A stretch of DNA of 64,000 nt from Felis catus. Lineage: Eukaryota. The stretch lies in NCBI RefSeq assembly GCF_018350175.1, contig NC_058368.1, forward strand, positions 223,264,001 to 223,328,000. The letters run 5' to 3'. Position numbers and translations under genes: made by a program. Of the stretch, positions 1 to 11,984 are shown one piece after another; position 1 is the stretch's first letter; the number at the start of each line of letters is the position of its first letter. Below the pieces are notes generated by a model. It saw only the letters and a list, made by a program, of their open reading frames with translations, was not told the DNA's origin and did no database searches.

Positions 1-580
1 ATTTAGGTCTTTCATCCATTTTGAGTTTATTTTTGTGTATGGTATAAGAAAGTGGTCCAGGTTCATTTTTCTGCATGTTGCTGTCCAGGTTTCCCAGCAC
101 CATTTGCTGAAGAGACTTGTCTTTTTCTTTGTTGTGGGATATTCTTTCCCACACTCGAAGCTTAGTTGATCATATATCTGTGAGTCCATTTCTGGGTTCT
201 TTATTCTGTTCCATTGATCTATCTGTCTGTTTTTGTGCCAGTATCACAGTGTTTCGATGATTATAGATTTTTTTTTAATTTTTTTTAAATTTTTTTTTTA
301 ACGTTTATTTTGAGACAGAGAGAGACAGAGCATGAACGGGGGAGGGTCAGAGAGGGAGACACAGAATCTGAAACAGGCTCCAGGCTCTGAGCAGTCAGCA
401 CAGAGCCCGACGCGGGGCTCGAACTCACATACCGCGAGATCGTGACCTGAGCCAAAGTTGGATGCTTAACTGACTGAGCCACCCAGGCGCCCCGATGATT
501 ATAGCTTTATAATACAGTTTGAAGTCCAGCATTGTGATACCTCTAGGTTTGGTTTTCCTTTTCAACATTACTTTGGATGC
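1..580 (-). mobile_element. L1 ORF2 3' fragment (carnivore L1), interrupted by a SINE
   Basis: Antisense L1 motifs (ttcattcttctgcatgttgctgtccag-like, ccattgatctat...tttgtgccagta, gtttgaagtccagcattgtgatacctc). Confidence 0.8.
267..493 (-). mobile_element. Can-SINE (SINEC_Fc)
   Basis: tRNA-derived head (gagccacccaggcgcccc), (GA)n and poly-T; TSD gatgattatag at 256-266 and 494-504. Confidence 0.95.
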
Positions 581-589
581 CTGACTTTG

Positions 590-2070
590 GATGTTTACAT
601 TTTTTGGATAAAATTTATATTCAGTTTGTCAATTTAAAGAAACATATATGCACACACACTGCCGTATTTTTTTCTTTAATGAACATTCCACTGAACCTAC
701 AGATCTATTTTGAAAGAATTGTCATATTCACAACCTTGTGATCTTTGAGCATGGTATCTCTTATTTATATCTTTGTTTTCTTTCAGCAATGTGTTTAGAC
801 GTGGTGTTTAGAAGCCTTACATACCTTATATTAGGTATACTCTTAAGTATTTAAGGTCTCTGATGAACATATAAATAGTATTTCTTTAATTTAAAATTTT
901 TAACTTTTAACTGTTGTGTACAAATAAAGTTAGTGTTTATATTTTGGTAGAGTACCAGCAAATATGTTAAAATTAATCATTTTAATTATCCGTAGATTTT
1001 TCTGAATTGCTTATGTATGTAGTCATCCTCCCTTCAGTGACATTTTTTTTTTCCCGCCATTCCTGACACTCACATTGCATTTTCTCTGACAGGAACTTCT
1101 TGTACAACATTAAATAGAAATGCTGATAAGACATGCTTGACTTGCTCTTGATTTCTCAAAGACTTATAATATTTAATTCTGTGTGTCAGATAGACTGGTA
1201 AAATAATTCTGAGTGTGGCTGTGGGGTTGTTTCTGAAAGATATTAGCATTTGATTTGGTAGATTGGATAAAGAAGATCTGCCCTCACCAATAGAGGTGAA
1301 CAACATCTAATCATTTGCGAGCCGGAATAGGATTAAAAAAGTGAAAGACCTGTGAATTTGCTTTCGCTTCTTTTGAACTGGAACATTCTCCTGCCCTCTA
1401 ACATTGGAAATCCTAGTTCTCCAGCCCTTGGACTCCAGAACTTACACTGGTATCTCTCTTGATTATCAGGTCTTTGGACTTACACTGAATTATACTAATA
1501 ACTATCCTGGTTCTCCACTTGCAGAGAGCATATTATTGTAAATCTCATCCTCCATATTTGTGTGAGCCAATTCCCATAATAAGTCTGTCTATCTGTCTAT
1601 ATATCTATCTATATCATCTATCTTCCTATCTATCTATCATCTATCTATTATCTATCTTTCCATCTACCCATCTATTTATCATCTATCTACCTATCTATTA
1701 TCTATCTATCTCTCTGGCATCTACCTATCTACCTATATGTCTGTCTGTCTTTGTGTCCACCCATCCATCTATCCTGTTGGTTCTATTTTTCTGGAGGATT
1801 CTGACAAATATAGAAATGATTTTATTATTGTACCAATAAGTGTTTGTTTGCTTTAAACTATCTAGTAAAGTAAATGTTCTTGTATAGTTTTCTAAGAATT
1901 TTCTTAGTTGATAAATTTTATCTAATATTTTTTCTTATCTATTGAGACACATGAACATTTTCTCCTATATTCTATAAACATTTTGAAATGTCTTGAGTTT
2001 CAAACTTAAACCAAATCAATTTTGCTATTTTTATATGCTGTTTGATTCATTATGGTACTATATTTTTTTT
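590..2070 (-). mobile_element. Old degraded L1 (L1M-type) fragments, split by an MLT2 LTR
   Basis: Weak resemblance to antisense L1 ORF2 (gagcatggtatctc, tacaacattaaatagaaatgctgataagacatgcttg). Confidence 0.45.
1170..1812 (+). mobile_element. ERVL solo LTR, MLT2B/D-like, with internal (TATC)n
   Basis: Motifs gaagatctgccctcaccaat, cccttggactccag, gtgagccaattcccataataa and cctgttggttctattttctggag. Confidence 0.8.
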
Positions 2071-2099
2071 TGACAGGTAAATCTGCTTTTATTTCTTAG

Positions 2100-4145
2100 C
2101 ACTTTTTTTTTAAGTTTTTATTTAAATTCCAGTTAGTTAACATAAAGTGTAATGTTAGTTTCAGCAGTACAATATAATGATTCAACACTTCCATGCAACC
2201 CCCAATGCCCATCACAGCATGTGCACTCCTTAATCCTGATGACCTATTTAACCCATCCCCCACCAATTTCCCCTCTGGCGAGTATCAGTTCTCTCTTTTT
2301 TTCCCCTTTGCTAGTTTGTTTTGTTTCTTAAATTCTACATATGAGTGAAATCATATGGCATTTGCCTTTCTCTGAATAACTTATTTTGCTTAGCATAATA
2401 TTCTAGCTCCATCCACATTTTTGTAAATGGCAAAGATTGTATTCTTTTTTATGTCTAAGTTATACACATATATACAATATCAGTATATAATTATATCATA
2501 TATAATATTATATTATATTGGACAGTTAGGCTTTTTTTCATAACTTGACTACTGTAAATAATACTGGTATAAACATCTGGGTGCATACACCACTTTGAAT
2601 TAGTACTTTTATATTCTTTGAGTAAATATCTAGTAATTCAATTGCTGGATCTAGGGTAGCTGTATTTTTAACTTTCTGAGGAATTCCCATACTGTCTGCC
2701 AGAGAGGCTGCACCAATTTGGATTCTCAATAACAGTACGAGAAATTTCCCCTTTCTCCACATCCATGCCAACAACTGTTGTTCGTGTTTTTGATTTTAGC
2801 CATTCTGAGAGGTGTGAGGTGGTATCTCATTGTAATTTTGATTTGTATTTCCCTGATGATGAATGATGTTGAGCATCTTTTCATGTATCTTTTTGCCATC
2901 TATATGTCTTTGGAGAAATGCCTGTTCATGTCTTCTTTCCATTTTCTGATCGGATTATTTATTTTTTTTGGGGGGGGGGCGTGTTGAGTTTGGTAAGTTC
3001 TTTATATATTTTGGATATTAATCCTTTATCAGATGTGTCATTTATAAATATCTTCTCCCATTCTGTAGGTTGCCTTTTAGTTTTGCTGATTGTTTCCTTC
3101 AATGGGCAAAAGCTTTTTATGTTGATGAAGTCTCAGTAGTTTATATCTAAGTTTGTTTTTTTTTGCATCCGGAGGCATATCTAGAAAGAAGTTGCTATGG
3201 CCAATGTCAAAGAGGTTACTGCCTGTGTTTTTCCTCTAGAATTTTTATGATTTTAAATGTCACATTTATGTCTTTGACCCATTTTAAATTTATTTTTGTG
3301 TATGGTGTAAGAAAGTTGTCTGATTTCATTCTTTTGCATGTTGCCGTCCAGTTTTCTCAACACCGTTGGTTGAAGAGACAGTCTTTCTCTCACTGGACAT
3401 TATTTTCTGCTTTGTTGAAGATTAATTGACCAAATAGTCATGGGTTACTTTTTGGATTTTCTGTCCAATTGATCTATGTGTCTATTTCTGTGTTAGTACT
3501 ATACAGTTTTGATCACTATAGCTTTATAATATAAACTGAAGTACAGAATTGTGATGTCTCCAGATTCATTTTTCTTTTTCAGGTTACTTTGGCTCTTTGG
3601 GGCCTTTTGTGGTTCCATACAAATTTTAGGATTATTTGTTCTAGTTCTGTGAAAAATGCTGTTGGTGTTTTGAAAGGGATTGCATTAAATGTGTAGATTG
3701 CTTTGGGTAGTATAGATATTTTAACAATATTTGTTCTTCCAACCATCAGTGTTTTATAGTTTTCAGAATACAGGGCTTTGATCTTTTTGGGTAGGTTTAT
3801 TCCTAGGAATCTTATGGTTTCTGATGCAATTGTAAATGGGATTGATGCCTTTCAATGTCTTTGCTGCTTCATTACTAGTGTATAGAGTATCATGTTGCCT
3901 GTGAATAGTGTAAATTTGACTCCTTCCTTGCTGATTTGGATGCCTTTTATTTCTTTTTATTGTCCGATTGCTGTGGCTAGGATTTATAGTACTATATTAA
4001 ATGGTGAGAGTGGACAGCCCTGTCTTGTTCCTGACTTTATAGAAAATGCTCTCAGTTTTTCCCCATTGAAGATGATAGTGGTATTAGTCCTGGGTTTTTC
4101 AAATATGGCCTTCATTATGTTGAGGTATGTTTCCTTCTAACCTAC
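2100..4145 (-). mobile_element. 5'-truncated carnivore L1 (3' UTR plus ORF2 C-terminal part)
   Basis: Poly-T at about 2103 followed by the reverse complement of the L1 3' end; degenerate ORF2 peptides on the - strand (e.g. 2538-2774). Confidence 0.9.
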
Positions 4146-4284
4146 TCTTTATCATAGTCACCAACTAGACACAATGAAATTTGCATCAACAGTAATATGC
4201 ATAAGCAGATATTGTTACATTCTACAAGGCAATACCATATAGCACTGAAAAAGTCAAACTAGTGATATGCATTATTGGCATAAA

Positions 4285-4446
4285 TAAATCTCATATATAT
4301 ACATATATGTAATATATATATCCCACATATATAATATATCTCTCATATGTATAATATATATCTCATATATATAATATATGTCATATATGTATTTATATAT
4401 GTTATATATATTTATATATATGTTATATATATATGTTATATATATG

Positions 4447-4490
<44 letters not shown>
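4285..4490. repeat. (TA)n-rich microsatellite
   Basis: Direct inspection. Confidence 0.95.
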
Positions 4491-4809
4491 CCAAATATAG
4501 CCAAAAAAGCTACGCACAAAAGATAACATCTCAGATCATTTAATTATTTCAAGTTTGTGTACAGCTGAGGCGATCTATCAAAATAAAAGTTAAAATATAC
4601 GCTTAAATGGGAGGTGACCGATGACTTGATTTAGTAATAAAAAATTGACTTAGTAATTAAAATTGCTGCTTTCTGTATAGCAGCTGGAAGTATTGCCTCT
4701 TACATCAGTCTCTCTCTCCATTCTGTCTCCATGATCTTGATTCTTTTGACCACTAGCTTTCTTTGCTTACTCATGTTATCTCCACTTCTGCATAAGAATT
4801 TAGTGTTCG

Positions 4810-5033
4810 TGGTGCGCCTGGGTGGCTCAGTCGGTTGAGCGTCTGACTTGGGCTCAGGTCATGATCTCATGGTACATGAGTTTGAGCCCTGCGTCGGGCT
4901 CTGTGCTGACAACTCGGAGTCTGGAGCCTGCTTCAGTGTCTGTGTCCCCCTCCCCCTCTGCCCCTCCCTTACATACGCTCCATCTCTCTCTCTCTCTCGA
5001 AAATAAACAAACATTAACAAATTAAAAAAAAAA
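4810..5033 (+). mobile_element. Can-SINE
   Basis: Head gcgcctgggtggctcagtcggttgag and A-tail; degenerate TSD aagaatttagtgtt/aagagtttagtgtt. Confidence 0.93.
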
Positions 5034-5304
5034 GAGTTTAGTGTTTTTGTGTGGCTTTAGTTGACCATACCATGCTTGCTAGATCATGTCCTAGGTGAAT
5101 TTTCATGCTATGTGCCTGTAGTCATCTAATATACTTTATCAGTCAGAATCTAAATTCTAAATTTTTAGGAGAGAATAACATTAGCTAATTTGATCCAGGT
5201 GCCTGTTTTGGGCCCAGTCTTAAGTAATGAGGATTGAGTAGTTTGATAATTAAAGATGCTTCAACTAAGACATGTCAGTTAAACAGTTTTGGTGTATTTG
5301 TTTT

Positions 5305-5483
5305 GTTTAATCTTTTTATGTTTTTTTGAGAGGGGGAAGAAAGAGGGTGGGAGGGAGAGAATCTCAAGCAGGCTCTATGCCCAGTGTGGAGTCCAAGGCA
5401 GGGCTCAATCTCAAGACCTTGGGACTGTGACCTGAGCCAAAATCAAGAGTCCCACGCTCAACTGACTAAGCCACTCAGGTGTC
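5305..5483 (-). mobile_element. Older Can-SINE
   Basis: gagaatctcaagcaggctct...gtgacctgagccaaaatcaagagt...gccactcaggtgtc. Confidence 0.85.
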
Positions 5484-5586
5484 TGTTTGTTTTATTCCAA
5501 GAGGAGACATAGGATTGAGAAGAATGAATTGAGATATGTGTTATGCTTGCTACTTTTGTGGGTGATTGAAATAAAGTGAACAGTTA

Positions 5587-6310
5587 CAGTGACTCTCAAG
5601 AGTTTTGTTCTCACCCAATCTTAAATTTATTGATACCTCCAGAGCTTTTGTTTATATGGATTGTATGTATGAATATTGTCCATGTAAGAAACTAAAAGTA
5701 AGAATAAAGAAGTATCTATTTCCCTTGGGGCGCCTGGGTGGCTCAGTCGGTTAAGCGGCCGACTTCGGCTCAGGTCATGATCTCACGGTCTGTGGGTTCG
5801 AGCCCCGCGTCGGGCTCTGTGCTGACAACTCAGAGCCTGGAGCCTGTTTCAGATTCTGTGTCTCCCTCTCTCTGACCCTCCCCCATTCATGCTCTGTCTC
5901 TCTCGGTCTCAAAAATAAATAAACGTTAAAAAAAATTAAAAAAAAAAAGAAGTATCTATTTCCCTAAAATAACAACTCATTGCATATTTGCATGCCAAAT
6001 TTTATGAAAAACTGTATTTTCAAAACCAAAAAAAAATTGAAAAATAGCATTGTTGTACATTTTTGGAGCTCTCTGTAATGTCTGACTTAGTTGAGGGCAA
6101 TCATTGCACACTTGTTTTTATGCTTTCGGTTTGTTGCAGTAGCACCTGTCTTAGAGTCTCTGGAAGACTCCACTGTGCGCTACAGAGGGAATGAAGTGAA
6201 AAAGGAACATAACAACTTAGCAGTGTTAAGAAAATAGTTTTGGTCCCCTAAACCCCTTGATGGAATCTCCAGCACCCCCGTGATTTCCTGAACACCACTG
6301 AGATCTACTC
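5587..6310. mobile_element. hAT-Charlie non-autonomous DNA transposon (MER119-like), interrupted by a SINE
   Basis: Begins cagtgactctcaa; motifs agagcttttgtttatatgg, ctctggaagactccactgtg and gaaaatagttttggtcc. Confidence 0.65.
5727..5945 (+). mobile_element. Can-SINE (SINEC_Fc)
   Basis: Full head and A-tail; perfect TSD aaagaagtatctatttccct at 5706-5725 and 5946-5965. Confidence 0.97.
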
Positions 6311-6988
6311 ATGTACTAGACGGAGGATACACTGAAGTTCAAATTCCAGTTGAATCACTTATGGTTTTGTCTCTCTGGTACATATTTTCCTCACCTGCCC
6401 CATGGTGCTTTTAGTACCTTCCGGAATTAGTGGGAAACGCTTTTAGGATGACATAAAATAACATGAAATTATTTATTCCTACTAATAATGACACTGGTCA
6501 TAGAGTTCCTCTTCTGTGGACCCTTCACTGCACCTCAGGCTTTGCTAGATTTGTTTGACATGGATTAACTCCCAGTACATCTGTGAATAAAATTTCAGCT
6601 CGAGTTCCATTTCGTAGGTACATATACAGAGCTGATGGAAAAATATTAACTAAGACATCACAGCTAGTCAGTAAAAGATAGGATTCAGGCATTCTAATGC
6701 CAGAACTCTGGTTCTTTGTATGCTCTTTGGCAATTAAGACATAAACAACAAACTTTGTTTCTTAACTGACACGTTTTCCTCTAATATAACCTAATATGTT
6801 ATATTTATTTATTTTTTTTATTTAATCTAGTTAAGATCAATAATGATGCCAATTTTCTATCCTTCTTGGACTCATATGAAAGCACATTACAGATTTACTG
6901 CCCCTTTTTAAGCAACATGCCATATGCAGCTCTACTTGGCTTGATACAATACTAATACTTCAACAGGGTTTCAAATGAACTGGATGTT

Positions 6989-7234
6989 GGGGCACCTGGG
7001 TGGCTCAGTTGGTTAAGTGTCCGACTTTGGCTCAGGTCATGATCTTGCAGTTCGTGGGTTCAAACCCTGCATCAGGTTCTGTGCTGACAGCTCGGAGTTT
7101 GGAGCCTGCTTTGGATTCTGTGTCTCCCTCTCCCTCTGCCTCTCCTCAGCTCGCTCACTTGCTTGCTCTCTCTCTCTCTCTGTCTCAAAAATGAATAAAA
7201 ACATTAAAAAATATTTAAAAAATAAAAAAAAATA
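6989..7234 (+). mobile_element. Can-SINE
   Basis: TSD aaatgaactggatg at 6973-6986 and 7235-7248. Confidence 0.95.
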
Positions 7235-7885
7235 AAATGAACTGGATGCCATACAGATTTCATGTTCGCAACAACCTTCTGAAGAACGTGCTATTTTTAT
7301 AAACTTTTACAAGTGAAGATGAAGGGATTGGAAATTAAGCCACTTTGGCATCTCCCAGGGATAGAACTAGAATTTGAGCTGAGGTATTCTAGCACCAAAG
7401 TTCATTCACGTTACCACTTGAATTATAATCACTAAATCTTCTCTGTTTACCTATAATATTGTAGAAAGTAGGGAAAAATGTAGTATAAATTTATAGCTCT
7501 TTAGTGATACTTTATTATTTAATTGAACTGCTACCACATCGCAAAATGACACAGCAAAAAAAATGTTGATAATATGTTGATAATGTCAATAATAAATGTT
7601 GATATATCATCTTGATAATATGTGGCAGCAACTGTGGGAAGCTGTCCCATTCCCACTTTGCTTTCAATGGTCAGTTGTCTGTAGATGATGTGATTTAATG
7701 GCATAGTTGTCCTATATTTGGTTAAATTGAGCTGCATTAGTGCTAATGATAACAATATCAATATCAGTATCAATATAATAATAATAATAATCACAATAAT
7801 AAATGAATCCAGAGCAAGGAAGGGAGTGAAGAAGAGAGGGTAGATTGGCTGGACTGTTCAAAAAAGAAAAAAAAAAGTGAAACCT

Positions 7886-8117
7886 AGGACACCCAGGTGG
7901 CTCAGTTGGTTAAGCCCCCGACTCCAGCTCAGGTCATGATCTAGTGGTCCATGGGTTCGAGCCCCTCATTGGGCTCTGTGCCGACAGCTCAGAGCCTGGA
8001 GCCTGCTTTGGGTTCTGTGTCTCCCTCTCTCTCTGCTCCTCCCAACCCCTACTCACACTCTCTTTCCTTCTCTCTGAAAAATAAATAAACATAGAAAAAT
8101 GTGTTTTTAATTAAAAG
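7886..8117 (+). mobile_element. Can-SINE
   Basis: gtggctcagttggttaag head, CT-rich body, A-rich tail. Confidence 0.9.
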
Positions 8118-8281
8118 AAAGTTAATCTTTTTGCTGGAAGTTGCTTGAAAAAATCATTTCCTTTCAAATGCCAATGAAATAACAAACGAACATTGATAAT
8201 TACTCACATGGATACAAGTTATTATAGGTGTATCCAAAATTATGTGAATTGTTTAGAGTATTTTTTATTCCTTTACCATTT

Positions 8282-8495
8282 AAAAAAAATTTAACATTTA
8301 TTCATTTTTGAGAGACAGAGAGAGACAGAGTGTGAGCAGGGAAGGGGCAGAGAGAGAGGGAGACACAGAATCGGAAGCAAACTCCAGGCTCTGAGCTGTC
8401 AGCACAGAGCCCGACGCGGGTCTTGAACTCAAGAACTGCGAGATCATGACCTGCGCCGAAGTTGGACGTTCAACCGACTGAGCCACAGGCGCCCC
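8282..8495 (-). mobile_element. Can-SINE
   Basis: TSD tcctttaccattt on both sides. Confidence 0.95.
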
Positions 8496-9329
8496 TCCTT
8501 TACCATTTTTTACAAGTATTATGTACCTGTTATACATATATAAGGATAAAGATATGCTATATACATATTCCTGTTTGGATATTATGTTTATTTTTTTATG
8601 ATTTTAATATTTTGCATAGGAATTCCTATTGGTAAGGAACAAAATAATACGTTTCAAGTAAAAATAGGAACTAACCTCAAGGGAAACAGTAGTTGCTCTG
8701 TTAGGCAGTATTGAATAAGTTTTCTAGATTTTTACTTTCTTTCAGGACTGTTTTCTTCCTTCATTGTGCTCAGTCTGTTCCATTAATAGGTCGTGAGTTT
8801 ACCTCGGAGGTTTCACTGCCAACATCATCAATGGTTTAGGGAAAAACAATTTTGTTAACAGTCATTTATAGCAAAGGACGATCTCAAGCAGACAACCTTG
8901 CTGCAGAATTTATTTTCAGACTTTTTAGTAGAATGTAGGCTCCCACTGTAGCTATCGTTTTAACTTCCCATTGACTGTCAGTTGAAAATATACAGAAAAA
9001 GATAGGCTATTTGTAGAATTCTCCATAAAATGTTTAAAGATTATACGTTTCAACATATTCAACTGACAACCCATGCTTTACATAAAAATAATCACACATT
9101 GAAAAGAAATAAACACTTTATGGACTATAAAACACACAGAACAAATTATTCCTTAAGTCATGTTTCAGAAAGTAAAATGAAATTTAAACAAAAATGACAT
9201 GAAGAATAACTTAATATTATATATTATAATGCCATAGCACATACTAAGCAATAGTATTATTTTAATATTTTAAACAGTAAGTCCATTTCTTCTGTAAACT
9301 CTATTCTTATGTATTTAAAAGTGGAGACT

Positions 9330-9551
9330 TTTTTTTATTTTTTTTTAACATTTTTATTTATTTTTGAGACAGAGAGAGACAGAGCAAGAACGGGGGAGGG
9401 GCAGAGAGAGAGGGAGACACAGAATCAGAAGCAGGCTCCAGGCTCTGAGCCATCAGCCCAGAGCCCGACGTGGGGCTGGAACTCACGGACCGCGAGATCG
9501 TGACCTGAGCTGAAGTCCGATGCTTAACCGACTGAGCCAACCAGGCGCCCC
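9330..9551 (-). mobile_element. Can-SINE (SINEC_Fc)
   Basis: Full-length antisense copy ending ...ccaggcgcccc. Confidence 0.95.
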
Positions 9552-9801
9552 TGCAGACTTATTTTTTGGCATTTAGAAGTAAAAACTCAACTACATTACG
9601 TGTGGCCTCACATTAAAACCCTCTGACTTTCAGATTCCAGTTCATGTGGTATTTTCAAATCCTAGTTAATAATTTAAAGTATAGTATTTATATGTAGATA
9701 TGACATTGGATTTATAAAAAAATACTTTTTAAAAATGATATAAAATTGTGAAATAAAAATGACCAATTCCAAAACAGTAATTTGAATAAAATGATAACCT
9801 A

Positions 9802-10016
9802 GGGGCACCTGGGTGGCTCAGTCGGTTAAGTGTCCGACTTCAGCTCAGGTCACGATCTTGCGGTCCGTGAGTTCAAGCCCCGCGTCGGGCTCTGGGCTGA
9901 TGGCTCAGAGCCTGGAGCCTGCTTCCGATTCTGTGTCTCCCTCTCTCTCTGCCCCTCCCCCATTCATGCTCTGTCTCTCTCTCAAAAATAAATAAACGTT
10001 AAAAAAAAACATTAAA
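9802..10016 (+). mobile_element. Can-SINE (SINEC_Fc)
   Basis: TSD aaaatgataaccta at 9788-9801 and 10017-10030. Confidence 0.96.
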
Positions 10017-10030
10017 AAAATGATAACCTA

Positions 10031-10040
10031 GATATGTGTG

Positions 10041-10087
<47 letters not shown>

Positions 10088-10102
10088 ATATATATACACA
10101 CG

Positions 10103-10134
<32 letters not shown>

Positions 10135-10274
10135 AGCTATGTCTCTCATTAGATGTATTAATGTGTGTTACACACATTTCATATATATAGAGTTTTAGGT
10201 GTATATATGTGTGTATATACACGTGTGTGTATATGTATATATACACATACACAATATATTAGGTATATATTGTG

Positions 10275-10322
<48 letters not shown>

Positions 10323-10605
10323 TACTATATGTTATGTTGTGTATGTATACATATATATAGATGTATATGTATGTGTATATATTTATACATATATACACAC
10401 ACACATATATATAGTGTATATGAAATATGCCTGTCATTAGATGTATTAATGTGTGTATATAGACTTTTTATATATATACAAGGTATTAGATATATATGTG
10501 TATGTTTATATACACACATACTTTGTTATGACATCTATGTATATATATATATATATACACACATATATATCATATATATAAACTATGCCTCTCATGAGAT
10601 GTGTG
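10031..10605. repeat. Compound (TG)n/(TA)n/(CA)n microsatellite
   Basis: Direct inspection. Confidence 0.95.
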
Positions 10606-11765
10606 ATCCCTGTGATTCTGAAAGAAGAGACAAATAGCTTTGAAACTATACTGGGCAAAACAATCATGACTTTCTAAATAGTAACTAATGTAAGAGCAAA
10701 ACTCCTGTTTAGAAGTCAAATAAATCACAAGTGCCTAAGAGGACAAATAATATAAAATCAATGAGATAAATGATCCATGGGTAATTATTGTGTGGGATCC
10801 TCAGGGCCCATAACTTGTTTTTAAAGTATAAACTGACTTTTTTTTTAAAGTTCCTTGAACACTTTTCTGTAATGGTTTAGTGGAATCTTCTACAACCTGA
10901 TCTCAATAATAGTTTCAAATAATAATAATTTCAAACAAAATAGTTTCAAACAGTAATTGTTTTTAGCATTCCTTAAAACCAGTGACTCCAAACTTTAGCC
11001 TCCAGACATTAACTTCCAGACATTCATAGGACTCATCTTAAGAGCTTCTTTTATGTAGTTTTCAGACTGCAATTCTGTAAGTCTTGGTTGGGGTTCTACA
11101 GTCTGCCTTTTGGGCCATCTGGGGCATGTGGCCAGTAGGGTATGTTTATAGATCCCATTTTGGTATTCACAGGCTAAACTGCCTTGAAAAGCCCAAGCAC
11201 ACATTTTCTTTTATAGGATTAATGCATTCAACAGCATGTTACTCCTATTATATTTCGAAAGCACTCAGGGCATATAAGTATAATTGTATATTTATGAAGG
11301 TAATAAAATGCATCCCCAAATATCTTCATAACTGATAAATTTCACATTTCTCTCTTTCCTTTTCTAGGGAGGGCTGATACATAGTAGAAATCTGTTACTC
11401 AGTCTTGCATAGGCATCTTCTGTTCCGGTACTGTCCTAGGGCATTATTTCTAAGCTGGCAGAGATCACATATTAATGAAAAAAATTCTATTGCTTCTTTC
11501 TAAGTTTTAAAATCTTCACTCATATCACAATGAGTATATATTGATGCCATGCTGTCAAGAGGGTCTCAGAGAGTTTAAAAACAAAACTATTTTGCAACCA
11601 AAATGAACCCAGGAAATGAATCTTTGTGTTTTGTATTTTAAAATATAATGTCTACCTAATACCATGTATAACAATAATCCAACCTGTGCTAGTTCACAAA
11701 GTATTCAGAATATCTACAGTTTTAAAATATGTATATGGATTGTTTTGTCTTACATAATTTACTTT

Positions 11766-11984
11766 AGAGTTTTTTAAATGTTTATTTTTGAGAGAGAGAG
11801 AAAGCGTGCGCATGCGCGCACAAGTGGGGGGATGGGCAGAGAGCGATGGAGACAGAATCCAAAGTAGGCTCCACGTTCTGGGCTGTCAGCTCAGAGCCAG
11901 ATGCAGGGCTTGAACCCAGGATCCGTGAGATCATGACCTGAGGTGAAGTCAGATGTTTAACGCACCAAGCCACCCAGGTGCCCC
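11766..11984 (-). mobile_element. Can-SINE
   Basis: TSD ttacataatttacttt at 11750-11765 and 11985-12000. Confidence 0.95.

Noticed and set aside
5727..5800. tRNA gene-like A/B boxes
   Set aside because: These are the tRNA-derived heads of Can-SINEs, followed by SINE body and tail.
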